Sequence record: PV805630.1
DNA length: 64,000 nucleotides
Direction: 5' to 3' (one strand)
Source: a phage
Positions 28,549-39,911 of the stretch are shown piece after piece. The translations under genes were made by a program, and so were the position numbers. Position 1 is the first letter of the stretch, and each line of letters begins with the position of its first letter. A model generated the notes under the pieces. The model did no database searches, was not told the DNA's origin, and saw nothing but the letters and a program-made list of their open reading frames with translations.

Positions 28549-31500
28549 AGTTTACTAAGTTCATCCAAGGGTTCAGGTTGTGAGCACGAAGCCCCTGACC
28601 AAAGCCCCATGAGTAATCCAGACTGCCCTTAGCAGCAATACTAAAGATGTTGTCCTGAATAGGCAGGCCAACATTACCAAACATGGTAGGAGTTGGAGCC
28701 AGCATAGCCATTGCTGCATGTACCGGGTTATTACGAATCATGGACACTGCAACTTTTGCAGAACGAATCTTAAAGTTGTAGAACCACATTAAACCAACAC
28801 TCTCCATATACCCACGGAAACGGCCCGGCAGACGGTCATAGTTAATGAACTCTTCGGTTACACGTCCCAGTGCTTCTTCACGAGTCTTACCTTTACGCTG
28901 GGTCAATTCATCATAGATGATTGCTTTAGCGATAAAGTCAGAGTACTCAACCGTCTTCTGGATACCCTGGAACAGAGCAGTATCCTTAGTGATAAGTGCA
29001 TAACGACCAGCAGCACGTACAGACTTAGGTAACTTATCCGCCAGCTTTTCCATGTATTCGTGAAGTTTACCTTCAGTAATCAGGATGTCATCACGACCAA
29101 TACCAGCATCTGCAATTGAAGAGAACTCACCAGCTTCTATCAGAGGCCAGATACTCATACGCTTATGGCTATCAGTAATGGACTGAATCTCAGCCTTAAG
29201 TTTACGAATCTGGTTCGGGTTAGTAGCTGCACGTAATTCTGCTTCTGCATCTACCTGACGTAAACGAGATTTAAGGTATTGGTTAATCTCAGCAGTCTTC
29301 CGTGGAATGCTCTTAGCAATGTTCTTAACCGGTACACCACGAGCAACCATCTGGTAAAGGTTAGCCAAAAAGTTAACAACAGGTACGACTACTGACTTAA
29401 CTACAATCAGAGTCTTAGCATCTTTAACTAAATTTTGAACCAGGTTCTCACCACCCATTAAGTACTTATAGGCACGGTTACCGGCTAAACCCAGAATAGC
29501 TTTTTTAAAAGTATTAAGCGTTTCCGGGGACCAACGAGAATTACCAGACCAAGCATCACCAATCGAAGCTGCACGATAGCCAAGTGCATCATTCAGCATG
29601 TCACGACGTACCCACAGTTCACCCTCACCAAACAGTTTTTCTGCTTTCCGTCGAGTTTCGCTGTTCATCAGCTTAAGTGCATCAGCAGTTACTGGGTCCA
29701 GTTTAGAACCAAAAAGGTTCACGTACTGGGACTTATTAGCAGCAGACATCTTAAGGTCTTCCTTGTACATGCTATACAGGTTCTCAATCAGCATATCGTT
29801 GAAACGCTGAGCCTTAGCTTCTTCCACCTGACGTCCACGCCATACACCAATTGCACGGGCAAGATGATTTTCACCTTCAATATGCTTCAGCATATTAGGG
29901 TTAATTGATTGCTCATAAGCAACCACATCACCTTTAGCATTATATATGGGCAATAGTGGTTCATTACCACGCTCACCACGAGCTAGTGCTTTAGTGATAC
30001 GGTCTACAGAAGGCTTGTCAGTAATACGACCGGCTACCATGGAACCCATCGTAAAGCCTGTGCCGAGGTCTACACCACCAGCAGTATTACGAACGCTCTG
30101 TAGGATACCTTGTGAGAATGGAGCCTGTGCCTGTACCGGTGCAAAGTAGTAGCTACTCGATGGACCTCGGTTAGCAGAGCTACCTTGATAAGTACCCAGA
30201 CGAACATAGGACTTCTCTATCAAATCGCCAAACTCGCTATCTTCAGCAACAACCAGACTAACACCCTGTTTAGTCTCACTAGGGATATACCCTTTGTACT
30301 GGTTCAGGGTTGCACGCATATTAGATTTGGCTTTAGCCATTTCATCTTTACGCTGCCCAACCAGGTAAGAAGTAGCAAAGTCCATTCCCTCAACTTCTGT
30401 CTGAGCCAGTGAAGATAACATCTCACGGTCGGACTTGTTCATTGCTTCCAGTGCATACAGGGTAATAAGTTTATCCAGTTGAGCTACATCTACAATAGGG
30501 CGAGTAGTCTTACGTTCACCCAGCATACGAGAGATTGCAGTAGCATTACGCAGCAAGTTTTTACCGACTGTGCCATTAATCATGTACTGAGCCAGTTGCT
30601 TAGATTTACGGTTAATCAGAGGCCAGTTACGACCAGCTTGTTTCTGCAAATCTGCTTCCAGCTTATTCACTTCACGGTCAACAATCTTCTGGTCTGACAG
30701 CAGGTCACGAATTTCAGCCAGAGACATGGTGTCACGCAGGACAGCTAAGTCAGTTTTACCCATACCAGTGTGCATTGCTTTCCACTCATCCTTAGTCAGC
30801 TTACGGCTGAACTTAGATGCGATAGTGGTAGGCAGGTGTTCACGGAACTGCTGACGGTCAGCCTGCACCTGTGCACGGACTGCTTTAATCAAATCGTATA
30901 CAGAAGCATTACTCTTAGTACGACCGGTTAAGTCATTAACCAGGTCATGGAAAGGTTGCCATACTTTACCCTGGTTCATTGCAACCATAACGCCTTCAGC
31001 TACGTTTGCACCATTCTTCTCTGTAGCAATAGCAGCCATTAGTTGTGCAGCATGAGCAGCACCTTTGACCAATGGGTTTTTGGTATTAGCTGCAACTTCA
31101 CGAGCACTTTCTAAAACACGAGTAGACAGTACATCAATAGAGTCCACCAAATACTGGTTAGCACGGTCAATAGCATTACCACTAGGAGTAGCAACGGAAT
31201 CATAGAATGACTGTGCATTTAGGCTAGTCTGCATGATTGTTTGAGCCAGTGCATCCATACCTTCCTGTACGTTAGTAGCTTTAGTATCACCTGCTACACG
31301 AGCATTCAGGCTTGCCATTGCAGCAGTACCAATGTTAGTCAGCATTGCATCAACGGTATTCCCAGATTTCTTATCTGCTTTCATAACAGGAATGTTAGCC
31401 AGTACGTTACGTACCTCTTCACTTACCATTGCCAGACCAACAAAGGTAGGCAGTATTGAAGAACGGCCCTGTGCATCAAACTCAATATTGTTAGCACCCA

Positions 31501-34500
31501 TGATGGTATCGAACTTCTGCTGTGCATAGTAACGGTCAGCAGGGTTAGTACTATCTGGGTCAGTCATGAATGATTCAACAGTCAGGTTCTTAGTAACGTG
31601 TGCATAGTATTCCTGTGCACGAGAAAGAGCAGCAGGGCTAATAGCAGCTTCAGTAGCCAGTGCAGCAACAATGTTAGTAAAGAGTCGCTGTTCCTGCATA
31701 TTCATAGTGAAGCCATGAGCCTGAACATCACGGGTTACTTTAGTTGCGTGCTTTTTCGCATCAGAGAACTTACCTTCACGGATTACTTGCTGTACTGGTT
31801 CTGAACCAATGTAGTTAGTAATCAGCTTATCAAAGGTCTGTCCTAACTCTTCCAGACGGGTATTGTCACCATATGCTTTGTTATGGAACAAGGTAGTATC
31901 TTTGGCTACAGCAGCCGTAGGAGCCTGTCCACGCATAACAACTGAAGAGTTAAACAGTAAGCCAGAGAACATATCATCTGCATTAGCAGGTGCTTTCTTG
32001 CGACCGAATACTAGACGCTTGATTGCTTCATATACAGACTGAACCATGGCTTTCAGTGCAGTGGTCTTCTTCTGCTTACCAATCAGTTCACGGTTGGTTA
32101 AGCCCCAAGCCATGTACTCATTCAGTGCAGCAGCTTTAGCCATTGCAGGTTCAATGAAGCCGTTAGACAAATGACCATTAATGGTATTAAGTGCATCAGC
32201 ATATGCTTCACGTACTGCCGGGGATTCATCCTTAACATCCAGAGTAAGGAACTGGTTCATCAAGTCTTCAATATTCTGGACTGCTTCATTAGGAGTACCC
32301 TCATAGTGAGCCAGTACAGATTCAAAGGTAGAAGCATGTACTAATTCATGAACCAGAGTCTCTAAGGAAGGGGTAACTAAGTAGATGGTTTTATCATCAA
32401 AGTTAGTCCAACCGTATGCATTACCAGCTTCGGCAGCTTCAATATCTTCTGGTGCTGGGCGAGTAATGTTCTTCTCAATAGCATAAGCATCCAATTGAGC
32501 AGGAGTACCGTAAACAACCTTGTAGTCTTTAGCAGCAAGGGATTTCTGTATTTCTTTCAATACTGCTTGCTGTTCTGGAGACATCTCTTTAGCCAGTTTA
32601 GTAATGGCAGTATTAGACAATAGACGTACACCAGACTTAAGTACACGGCCAACCTGCTCCATCGCTGGCACTTCTTTAACAGGTGCTTCTTTAGTAGGCA
32701 CTTCTTTCACTGGTTCTGCTTTAGAAGCACGCACTGCATCACGACGCCTGTTTAATTCAGCATCAAACAGTTCGTTCAACTTAGCTACTTGCTGGTCTAC
32801 AGTCAGACCTTCCAGAGAAATTTTACCGTTGTTCACATATGGAGCACCTACAGCAGCCATCTGGTCAACAGTGGTCTGTACCTGGTTCATTACTTTGTGG
32901 CGAATATCTACACCCAGGGCAATGTTACGCAAGTTACGCTCAATGAGGTTAACACCGGAATTCTTAATCATATCAATCTTATACTGCCTGTCTCCCTCAA
33001 CACGACTGATATGAGAAAGCTGTTCAAAATCTAAAGCGGAACGAGCAATGTCATCGATTGTCTTATCCGATAACTTATCAAAGTCTACGTTCTTCATGAA
33101 CTTAGAGAAGGAGTCATACACGTTCTTAATAGGGTTGCCCTGCCAAGAAGTATATACAGCCTCATTAGCTTTACGGCTTGCATCAGTAATGTCACTGATA
33201 CCAATGTTCATACCATCAAAGATTTTCAAAGTATTCTTCGGTGCACCTTTCATAGTAGAAAGGGTCTGCATCATCATGCCATCACCAGTACCGATGGTCA
33301 TAAACGGAATACCTGCAACACCTGCTTGTGAAGGAGCATAGATGCTCATTGGCACACGCATACGGTCATCTAAGTTGGTAGCCAGTACTTGGTTAGCAAC
33401 ATCAGTATTCTCACTACCAGCAATGTAGAAAGTCTGTAAACCAGTCTCAATCATTGGAGCCAGTGGAGACAAGGATTTCTGAATTTCATTCAGTTCTTTC
33501 TGTGTTAAGAAATCACCCTTCTTCCAGGTTGGGTCTTTTTCTTTTTCAGCCAGTTTAGCCTGTACTGCTTGCTGGAACATATCTTGCAATACCAGAGACT
33601 GAATCTGAGTAGCCTTCTGCAAGTTCTCAGTGGATTGCATCAGCCCCTCCCCAACGGTGAACCGGATACTTTGTCTCATTGGTTCAACGAAGAAGTGCAA
33701 CATGTTCTCTTGTAAGTTCTTAAGGGCAGCACCAGATACGGTAAACTCCTGGGGATTTAACTCACCAGTCAGAGCACCATCTACTTCTTTAATAAATAAC
33801 TTACCTTTACGCTTAGCTGGAATCTTACCAGTCAGTGCTTCCATAGAAGTAAGGAAGGTATCCAGCATAGCCTGAGCATCTGCCTCAGACGCAGCCTCCT
33901 TACCAAACATTGCCATAGCTGGGGAAATGCTAGGGTCAGCAGCACGTGCTTGTAGAACGTCACTGAGGCGTTCGTAGATGGTGTCAGTAATTGCACTAAC
34001 CATCTTCCCAGCAATACCACGTGCACCAGAACCATAGATGGTAATAGTCAGTGGGTTTTTAGCGATACCACGTTTCAGGTCCAGAGTGCCATCTTCATTC
34101 AGGTTAAAGTCTTTAATGAACAGGTCCATCAACTTCTGGAGATGGTTCATCTGGCTCATAACCGGAACATTGTTACGGTAAGTAGTACGTAACTCATTTA
34201 GATAAAATTGCAGACCATTAGTAGATGCTTCATACAGGTCAACATTATCGTCAATAGAACAATGTTCATTCATCGTTTTACCAGCACGACCAAAGAACAA
34301 ACCACCCTTGGCAGTATTCTTAATCCAATTTGGAGTGAACTTACCTCCAGTCATTAATACCATTGCATTGATTGGGCCGTTGGTTACACCATCAGCTTCG
34401 ACATACAGTGGGGTATTAAAGTTAGCACGGTCATCACTGTTCAGGTAACGGGCATATTCCATCAGAGCCATGAGAGCCACGAAGGATTTGTTATCACCCA

Positions 34501-37500
34501 GGGAAGACTTCAGAATATCTACTGCATCAGTAGGTAAGTAACCAGACTTATCAAACTCGACCATCATATCAACAGCAGGTTTCAGATTACCTTCTAGAGC
34601 TTTGGTCAGATTTTCAGACATAGCTTCACGGGACATTTTGTGTACCTTGATGCCTAATGCCTGGGCCAGTCCTAGCTGGAAGTCAGAGAACGCTTGGCTG
34701 TTTTCATTACTCAAGTCAATAGTGGAGAAGGTTGGCAGAATTGCTTCACGAACCAGCTTACTGGATTGTGGATTGTTCTTACCAAGCATCTGCATACGAC
34801 CTACACGGGTCATGTTGTAACCGTAATGGATAGGTGTATCCAGACCATTCTCTTGTTCTTTTAGCTGATTAATTAAACCGAACAAGGAATCATATGCCAT
34901 AGATACCGATAAGTTCTTACCTTCCAGAGATTTGGCAGTGTTTTCATTCAGCAAATCAGGATTAAGAGAACCAGCACCCATCAGTTCCAGAATGCCGTCA
35001 CGCCCCAATGCTTCATAGAAGTTAACCATCGGCATGTGTACACGGAACTCCGTAGCCTGTTCAGCTTTCAGAGCAGCTTTCTGTTCTGGGGTATTCCTAA
35101 CCGCAGGGTTACGTAACTGAGTTTGAGCCACGGAAGGAATGTCGTCACCGAAGTACGTTTTCTCTTCCGGGTTTACCAAAACAGCTTCTTCAATTGCTGT
35201 AAGGAAATTATTAATAGGGTCTTTATCAGCCAACTTATTAATAGTGTACAAACCAATAGTCTTATTAGAGTCCGGGTCAATCTCAGACACATCCAACATA
35301 GACTCAGTAACTGCACCCATCTCGATGAGGGAAGACAGAATCTCTGTAGCCATTGCCACTGGAATACCCTTGGTATAACCCAGTGGTGCATTAGGGTTAC
35401 GGTTTAAACCCCAGTAGGATTCAATCTTTTGAGCCAGTGAGTTAGTAGCCTCAATCAGAGTCTGGGCATTATCAAACTCAGCCAGAATACTTTCTGGTAA
35501 CAGAGATGCATCTACACCAGTAATAGCAGCCACGTCTTTCATGTCTTTAATGGCAGCATTCTGTGTAGCAGTCAGTCGCCATTGCAGACCAGCAAGTACA
35601 GCAGTCTCTAACAACTGGTCATTGAACTTAAAGGTATCTCCATCTTTCTCTACGATGTTAAGTAACTTACCACCTACCCAACGGTTAGCCTCAGTACCTT
35701 CTGCAAAACGTTTACCAACATTTTTATTAGCAAGGAACTTAGCCAGTCGTTCAGACAGAGTAGCCTTCAGAGTTTCCCCAAAGTCCATCAAGTCTTGATA
35801 GCGTTCTAACACATCACCTGCGAGAACGTTATTTTCTTTTTGAGTGAACGCTTCAAAGCGAGCAGCAGAAGACAGTGCTTGCTTGATATCAGCCAAAGGA
35901 GATTCAGAACCAATGGTACGGGACTTAGGTTCTTCCGGTAGGGTAAATGCCTTCAGGAACTGGTTCGGTGTCTTCTCATTGTTATAGACAGGGAACACTG
36001 CTTCCATTCCAGAAAGGGGTTTGCCACCCACTGTATAATCTGCTTTCAGCTGAGCCAGTGATACTTCATCCTTCTCCACGTTGTTAGTGTTACGACCAGA
36101 GGTATCTACACCAACCAGAATCTGTGCATTATTGGCTTCAACGAAAGACTGAACAGTATTGAATTGTTCAGCAGTCAGCTTCTGATTATCAAACAGTTGC
36201 AGAGATACAAATGGTTGTTCACTACCTTTATAGAAGGTAGAGCGAATAGCACCTGTATCCAGGGACATATCACGATACCCATCATGCCCAAATACGTCGG
36301 ACAGGCTGATATGGTCGCCATTAGAACCAACCACAGTACCATCAGCAAACAGCCATGGACTCTCCCTACGATCACCATACTTATTAAGAGTTTCCTGTGA
36401 AATAGTATTTTCTTTCACATAGGCATCTCTTTCAGATTCAGTAGGTTGCTCGATGGTATCCTCATTAGTGGGGGTAGCATCATCTACAACCGGGCTAGTC
36501 TTTTCAGACTTAGGTACTTTCTCTTCCTGTACAGGTGTAACTTCTGGCTGGGAGAATGTATTACGTACATAGTTCATAAAATCATTACGTGCTTGAGAAG
36601 GAGAAGACCATACTTCCCGTGTGCTACGTAAACTAAAGATTCGTCCTTCAGGAGTCATTACGTAAGGTACATTTGTTTTACCGTACTTAAATGAAGTGAG
36701 TACATCTGACTTACCAGTAACAGTGCTTTCCCCTGGAATGACAATAGTCTTACCACCAGTAGAAGGAACAGCACGAACACCCTCAATATCCTTACCAAGA
36801 GAAATATACTCTTTACCGTTGTAATCAAAGTACTGACCTATCTGCATATAGGTAGCTTGTTGCTTACCAGTAAACTCAGCAGTTTTCATCTCCGGGCCGT
36901 TAGGTACAGACGTACTTTCAGACTTAGGCTTAGATACTTTCTCTGGTTCTGACTTAGACTCTACAGTGTTAGGAGCAGTTTTATTGTTTACCACTGGTTT
37001 AGCTTTAGACTGTACAGTAGTAGTGTCCTCTTGCACTGGTGCAGGGGTTTCATCAACCTGATTCACTGGTTCATTAGTCTGTTGGGACTGAGTGGCATTA
37101 AGACCACCTTGACGGAACTCTTTAACTACCTGGGCAGCTGGCTTGTTCAGACGTGAATCCAACGAGGTAACTTTCACATGAGAAACATTAAGCTCCGGGT
37201 AAGCCGTAGCAAGTGCGTTAGCAATATCAGCTACGGTCTTAGCTTCCAGCGCTACTTGCTGGGCAAACTTAACAGACTTGGTATCATAAGGATTAACACC
37301 GAGGCCAGTACGACTACGTACCCATTCACGAGTAGGCGTGAGAGCCTGATAATGAACAGACTTATTCTTATCCGCATTCCCCGAAATCAGATGCTCATTC
37401 AACGCTCCGACCTTATTCTGCATGTGCTGGGCGAACTTCATAAAATCGCTCAGATAAGCGGAGGCCAAATCGAAGTTACCAGAGTTATACGCAGAACGAA

Positions 37501-39808
37501 TGCGTTTCGCATGTTGCAACGCAGAGTACTGTCCTTCATTAGAACGAGACTCGTCGGTTTTAATCTGTTTACTAACGATGTCTTGACGACGTAAGCCCAG
37601 TTCTTCTGCTTTAGCATCATACTCACGTGCACCCTGTAACAGAGCAGCAGCTGATTGCAGGGCAGCACGTTGACGATTATTCAGTGTAATCTTACCCTCA
37701 CTCGCATGCTTCAGAACCATGTTCACTGAATCTGCATCCAGTACTTCTGGAGACACATCAGCAGCCATAGCAATGTTGTTTGCTTGGGCTTGGTTAGCTT
37801 CTTCAGTAGCTTTCAGCTTACCTGCTTCAGCCTGTTCCTGAATCATAGAATGGATGGCACGGAATGCACGAAGTACTTTAGGGGTATTCTGTATGTTAGC
37901 CATCAGACCGGAGAACTGGTCTACGATTGCAGCAGCAGGAGAACCCTGTTCCAGATTAGCCAGAGCACCTGGGTCACGGTTAATGAAGCTATCCATAGAC
38001 ATGATGTTGTCATACATCTGGATTGCAGCTTCCATTTGAACGTCAGGGTCTTCAGCAGTATTAACCAGGTCAGCCATCTTCTGAATAGCTTCTACACGGT
38101 TAGTGGAACCAGAAACAGCTTCACGGATTACTGGGTTGGCTTGTTCCAATTCTACCGGGTCAAACTTCATTGCCTGGGTTAAGTCAGCAGCATACTGAGT
38201 AGCAGCAGCCTTCTCTTCTGGAGTGATGTCCATTGCATCTACTGCTTCCTGTACGGTTGCCTGTGCTTGCTCTGCCTGAGCAACAGCTTCCTGTGCAGCA
38301 GCATTAACCGTAGCATCAGCTACAGGGGATGCTTGTTCATTACGCTTAGCAACTTCTTCACCACGTTGAACCAGGATGTTAGTAAGAGGGGAGGCAGCTT
38401 TTGCTAATGTTTTACCAACCAGAGAAGCACCAGCCAGGGTAGTACGAAGAGCAGGTCCAGCAGCAGCACCGGCAGCTTTAACAGTTGCACCAGGAGCCTG
38501 AGCAACACCAGCACTACCGAAGCCATAAAGTGCACCAAGACCTGCTTGCTCACCGACACCTTTGAGGGTATCTCGGGATGCATCAACATTTTCCTTGATT
38601 GCACGGTTCTGGGCATACTGACCAAAGCCTGACTGAATACCTTCTTCAACTGTTTCACGTAGCATATTGGAACCAGCACCAGCCAGTGAACCTACCTTAA
38701 GTGGGTTAAGTTCAAAGCGAGATACCAGTGGACCGGTAGCAGCAGCAACTGGAGCAGTTAAGCCAGCAGCAAGGATACCTGTTTCAGATGCAGTCTGACG
38801 ACGTGCTTCATCAGGAGATAAACCATCGGCAATATGTTGTTGGTAAACAGGAGACTTACTTGCCAGTTCTGGATGGGACATCTTCATGATTTCAGAAGCA
38901 GTCTGTTGGTATGCACCACCAGCTTCCATAGCACCGATTGCAATAGCAGGTGCAGCAACACGACCAGTAGACAGTGCAACCTGTGCAGGACGTGAACCTA
39001 ACCCAGCAGCTAAGGTAATACCCTTAACAGCTTTATCACCACCTACCATTACTTTACCGAGTGCAGATACACCACGGATAAGTGGACCACCGGTAAAGAG
39101 GGAACCAACGCCTTCACTCAGTCCATCTGAGGCAGCCATACCATTATCAAGTGTGTTAGTAACAGAGTCGAAAGCATCACGACCAATGCGAGACAGGGAG
39201 GCAACCAAATCGCTCTCCCCGTTTTTGATGTCCTGTTCATAGAGTTTCTGGTTCTTTTGAGCAGAAATCTGGTTCTGATTCTGAACAACTTTACGTGTAG
39301 CATTCAGTGCATCAGATTGTAGATTGTGTACGCCTTCATTCAACCAATCCATCCCGGAAGCAATGGTTGCCCCGGCATTATCATTGACCAGACCTGCGCC
39401 AAGAGCAGCAATGCCCCCAAGGGTATTAGCAACACCAAGACCAACACCAGAAAGAGTATCGCCAAATGCTTCTGCGTTAGTACGCTGTTTAGATAAGTCC
39501 TGACGTACAGCATCCGCAGCATTAGCTCGACTATTAAGAATTTGTAGACCTTGCTCATTACCGTATTTATTAATGATTTCTAATGGGGAGGCTTGAGTGA
39601 AGTCTGCCTGAAGTGAACCTGGTTCGAATGCACCGATTCCAAGATTACCTACTCGTCCAGTCTGGAGAGTGTAAGCATTCTCTGGGGTTAATTGGAAAGG
39701 GCTTTGCCCTTGTGCAGCTTGCTTCTGAGAGGTTGCAGTAGAGACATCGACTTGCTTAGCATTAGTGATGCTGTCTGCGAAACCTGCCAGACGGTCAAAT
39801 GTTGACAT
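28547..39808 (-). CDS. Virion-encapsidated giant RNA polymerase (N4 gp50 vRNAP-like)
   Basis: About 3750-aa ORF, the size class of N4 vRNAP. Contains a T7-like motif A candidate (LYVEADGVTNGPINAM). Last gene of the minus-strand late block, as in N4. Track start is TTG 39826; in-frame ATG at 39808 follows AGGA. Confidence 0.85.
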   Translation of the reverse strand: MSTFDRLAGFADSITNAKQVDVSTATSQKQAAQGQSPFQLTPENAYTLQTGRVGNLGIGAFEPGSLQADFTQASPLEIINKYGNEQGLQILNSRANAADAVRQDLSKQRTNAEAFGDTLSGVGLGVANTLGGIAALGAGLVNDNAGATIASGMDWLNEGVHNLQSDALNATRKVVQNQNQISAQKNQKLYEQDIKNGESDLVASLSRIGRDAFDSVTNTLDNGMAASDGLSEGVGSLFTGGPLIRGVSALGKVMVGGDKAVKGITLAAGLGSRPAQVALSTGRVAAPAIAIGAMEAGGAYQQTASEIMKMSHPELASKSPVYQQHIADGLSPDEARRQTASETGILAAGLTAPVAAATGPLVSRFELNPLKVGSLAGAGSNMLRETVEEGIQSGFGQYAQNRAIKENVDASRDTLKGVGEQAGLGALYGFGSAGVAQAPGATVKAAGAAAGPALRTTLAGASLVGKTLAKAASPLTNILVQRGEEVAKRNEQASPVADATVNAAAQEAVAQAEQAQATVQEAVDAMDITPEEKAAATQYAADLTQAMKFDPVELEQANPVIREAVSGSTNRVEAIQKMADLVNTAEDPDVQMEAAIQMYDNIMSMDSFINRDPGALANLEQGSPAAAIVDQFSGLMANIQNTPKVLRAFRAIHSMIQEQAEAGKLKATEEANQAQANNIAMAADVSPEVLDADSVNMVLKHASEGKITLNNRQRAALQSAAALLQGAREYDAKAEELGLRRQDIVSKQIKTDESRSNEGQYSALQHAKRIRSAYNSGNFDLASAYLSDFMKFAQHMQNKVGALNEHLISGNADKNKSVHYQALTPTREWVRSRTGLGVNPYDTKSVKFAQQVALEAKTVADIANALATAYPELNVSHVKVTSLDSRLNKPAAQVVKEFRQGGLNATQSQQTNEPVNQVDETPAPVQEDTTTVQSKAKPVVNNKTAPNTVESKSEPEKVSKPKSESTSVPNGPEMKTAEFTGKQQATYMQIGQYFDYNGKEYISLGKDIEGVRAVPSTGGKTIVIPGESTVTGKSDVLTSFKYGKTNVPYVMTPEGRIFSLRSTREVWSSPSQARNDFMNYVRNTFSQPEVTPVQEEKVPKSEKTSPVVDDATPTNEDTIEQPTESERDAYVKENTISQETLNKYGDRRESPWLFADGTVVGSNGDHISLSDVFGHDGYRDMSLDTGAIRSTFYKGSEQPFVSLQLFDNQKLTAEQFNTVQSFVEANNAQILVGVDTSGRNTNNVEKDEVSLAQLKADYTVGGKPLSGMEAVFPVYNNEKTPNQFLKAFTLPEEPKSRTIGSESPLADIKQALSSAARFEAFTQKENNVLAGDVLERYQDLMDFGETLKATLSERLAKFLANKNVGKRFAEGTEANRWVGGKLLNIVEKDGDTFKFNDQLLETAVLAGLQWRLTATQNAAIKDMKDVAAITGVDASLLPESILAEFDNAQTLIEATNSLAQKIESYWGLNRNPNAPLGYTKGIPVAMATEILSSLIEMGAVTESMLDVSEIDPDSNKTIGLYTINKLADKDPINNFLTAIEEAVLVNPEEKTYFGDDIPSVAQTQLRNPAVRNTPEQKAALKAEQATEFRVHMPMVNFYEALGRDGILELMGAGSLNPDLLNENTAKSLEGKNLSVSMAYDSLFGLINQLKEQENGLDTPIHYGYNMTRVGRMQMLGKNNPQSSKLVREAILPTFSTIDLSNENSQAFSDFQLGLAQALGIKVHKMSREAMSENLTKALEGNLKPAVDMMVEFDKSGYLPTDAVDILKSSLGDNKSFVALMALMEYARYLNSDDRANFNTPLYVEADGVTNGPINAMVLMTGGKFTPNWIKNTAKGGLFFGRAGKTMNEHCSIDDNVDLYEASTNGLQFYLNELRTTYRNNVPVMSQMNHLQKLMDLFIKDFNLNEDGTLDLKRGIAKNPLTITIYGSGARGIAGKMVSAITDTIYERLSDVLQARAADPSISPAMAMFGKEAASEADAQAMLDTFLTSMEALTGKIPAKRKGKLFIKEVDGALTGELNPQEFTVSGAALKNLQENMLHFFVEPMRQSIRFTVGEGLMQSTENLQKATQIQSLVLQDMFQQAVQAKLAEKEKDPTWKKGDFLTQKELNEIQKSLSPLAPMIETGLQTFYIAGSENTDVANQVLATNLDDRMRVPMSIYAPSQAGVAGIPFMTIGTGDGMMMQTLSTMKGAPKNTLKIFDGMNIGISDITDASRKANEAVYTSWQGNPIKNVYDSFSKFMKNVDFDKLSDKTIDDIARSALDFEQLSHISRVEGDRQYKIDMIKNSGVNLIERNLRNIALGVDIRHKVMNQVQTTVDQMAAVGAPYVNNGKISLEGLTVDQQVAKLNELFDAELNRRRDAVRASKAEPVKEVPTKEAPVKEVPAMEQVGRVLKSGVRLLSNTAITKLAKEMSPEQQAVLKEIQKSLAAKDYKVVYGTPAQLDAYAIEKNITRPAPEDIEAAEAGNAYGWTNFDDKTIYLVTPSLETLVHELVHASTFESVLAHYEGTPNEAVQNIEDLMNQFLTLDVKDESPAVREAYADALNTINGHLSNGFIEPAMAKAAALNEYMAWGLTNRELIGKQKKTTALKAMVQSVYEAIKRLVFGRKKAPANADDMFSGLLFNSSVVMRGQAPTAAVAKDTTLFHNKAYGDNTRLEELGQTFDKLITNYIGSEPVQQVIREGKFSDAKKHATKVTRDVQAHGFTMNMQEQRLFTNIVAALATEAAISPAALSRAQEYYAHVTKNLTVESFMTDPDSTNPADRYYAQQKFDTIMGANNIEFDAQGRSSILPTFVGLAMVSEEVRNVLANIPVMKADKKSGNTVDAMLTNIGTAAMASLNARVAGDTKATNVQEGMDALAQTIMQTSLNAQSFYDSVATPSGNAIDRANQYLVDSIDVLSTRVLESAREVAANTKNPLVKGAAHAAQLMAAIATEKNGANVAEGVMVAMNQGKVWQPFHDLVNDLTGRTKSNASVYDLIKAVRAQVQADRQQFREHLPTTIASKFSRKLTKDEWKAMHTGMGKTDLAVLRDTMSLAEIRDLLSDQKIVDREVNKLEADLQKQAGRNWPLINRKSKQLAQYMINGTVGKNLLRNATAISRMLGERKTTRPIVDVAQLDKLITLYALEAMNKSDREMLSSLAQTEVEGMDFATSYLVGQRKDEMAKAKSNMRATLNQYKGYIPSETKQGVSLVVAEDSEFGDLIEKSYVRLGTYQGSSANRGPSSSYYFAPVQAQAPFSQGILQSVRNTAGGVDLGTGFTMGSMVAGRITDKPSVDRITKALARGERGNEPLLPIYNAKGDVVAYEQSINPNMLKHIEGENHLARAIGVWRGRQVEEAKAQRFNDMLIENLYSMYKEDLKMSAANKSQYVNLFGSKLDPVTADALKLMNSETRRKAEKLFGEGELWVRRDMLNDALGYRAASIGDAWSGNSRWSPETLNTFKKAILGLAGNRAYKYLMGGENLVQNLVKDAKTLIVVKSVVVPVVNFLANLYQMVARGVPVKNIAKSIPRKTAEINQYLKSRLRQVDAEAELRAATNPNQIRKLKAEIQSITDSHKRMSIWPLIEAGEFSSIADAGIGRDDILITEGKLHEYMEKLADKLPKSVRAAGRYALITKDTALFQGIQKTVEYSDFIAKAIIYDELTQRKGKTREEALGRVTEEFINYDRLPGRFRGYMESVGLMWFYNFKIRSAKVAVSMIRNNPVHAAMAMLAPTPTMFGNVGLPIQDNIFSIAAKGSLDYSWGFGQGLRAHNLNPWMNLVN

Positions 39809-39876
39809 AGCATGTTTCCTGTTCAAACTTATATCGTATATAGGTAACCTACTCTACAGTAAGCCAGTGTAAGAAA

Positions 39877-39894
39877 AAAGCCCCGTAGGGCTTT
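39877..39894 (-). terminator. Intra-operon terminator/attenuator immediately upstream of the vRNAP gene
   Basis: Stem aaagccc / gggcttt with loop cgta; on the minus-strand transcript the hairpin is followed by a U-run. Lies between the gp51-like stop and the vRNAP start. Confidence 0.45.
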
Positions 39895-39911
39895 TATTAG
39901 TATGAAGTATT

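Noticed and set aside
28547-39826. Numerous 60-140-aa ORFs in the track inside or antisense to the vRNAP gene (for example 32604-33014, 37178-37594, 38886-39242)
   Set aside because: They lie wholly within a long, clearly coding frame, have low-complexity translations and lack RBS support; treated as frame artefacts. The same applies to antisense ORFs inside rIIB, the portal, the tail genes and other large genes.
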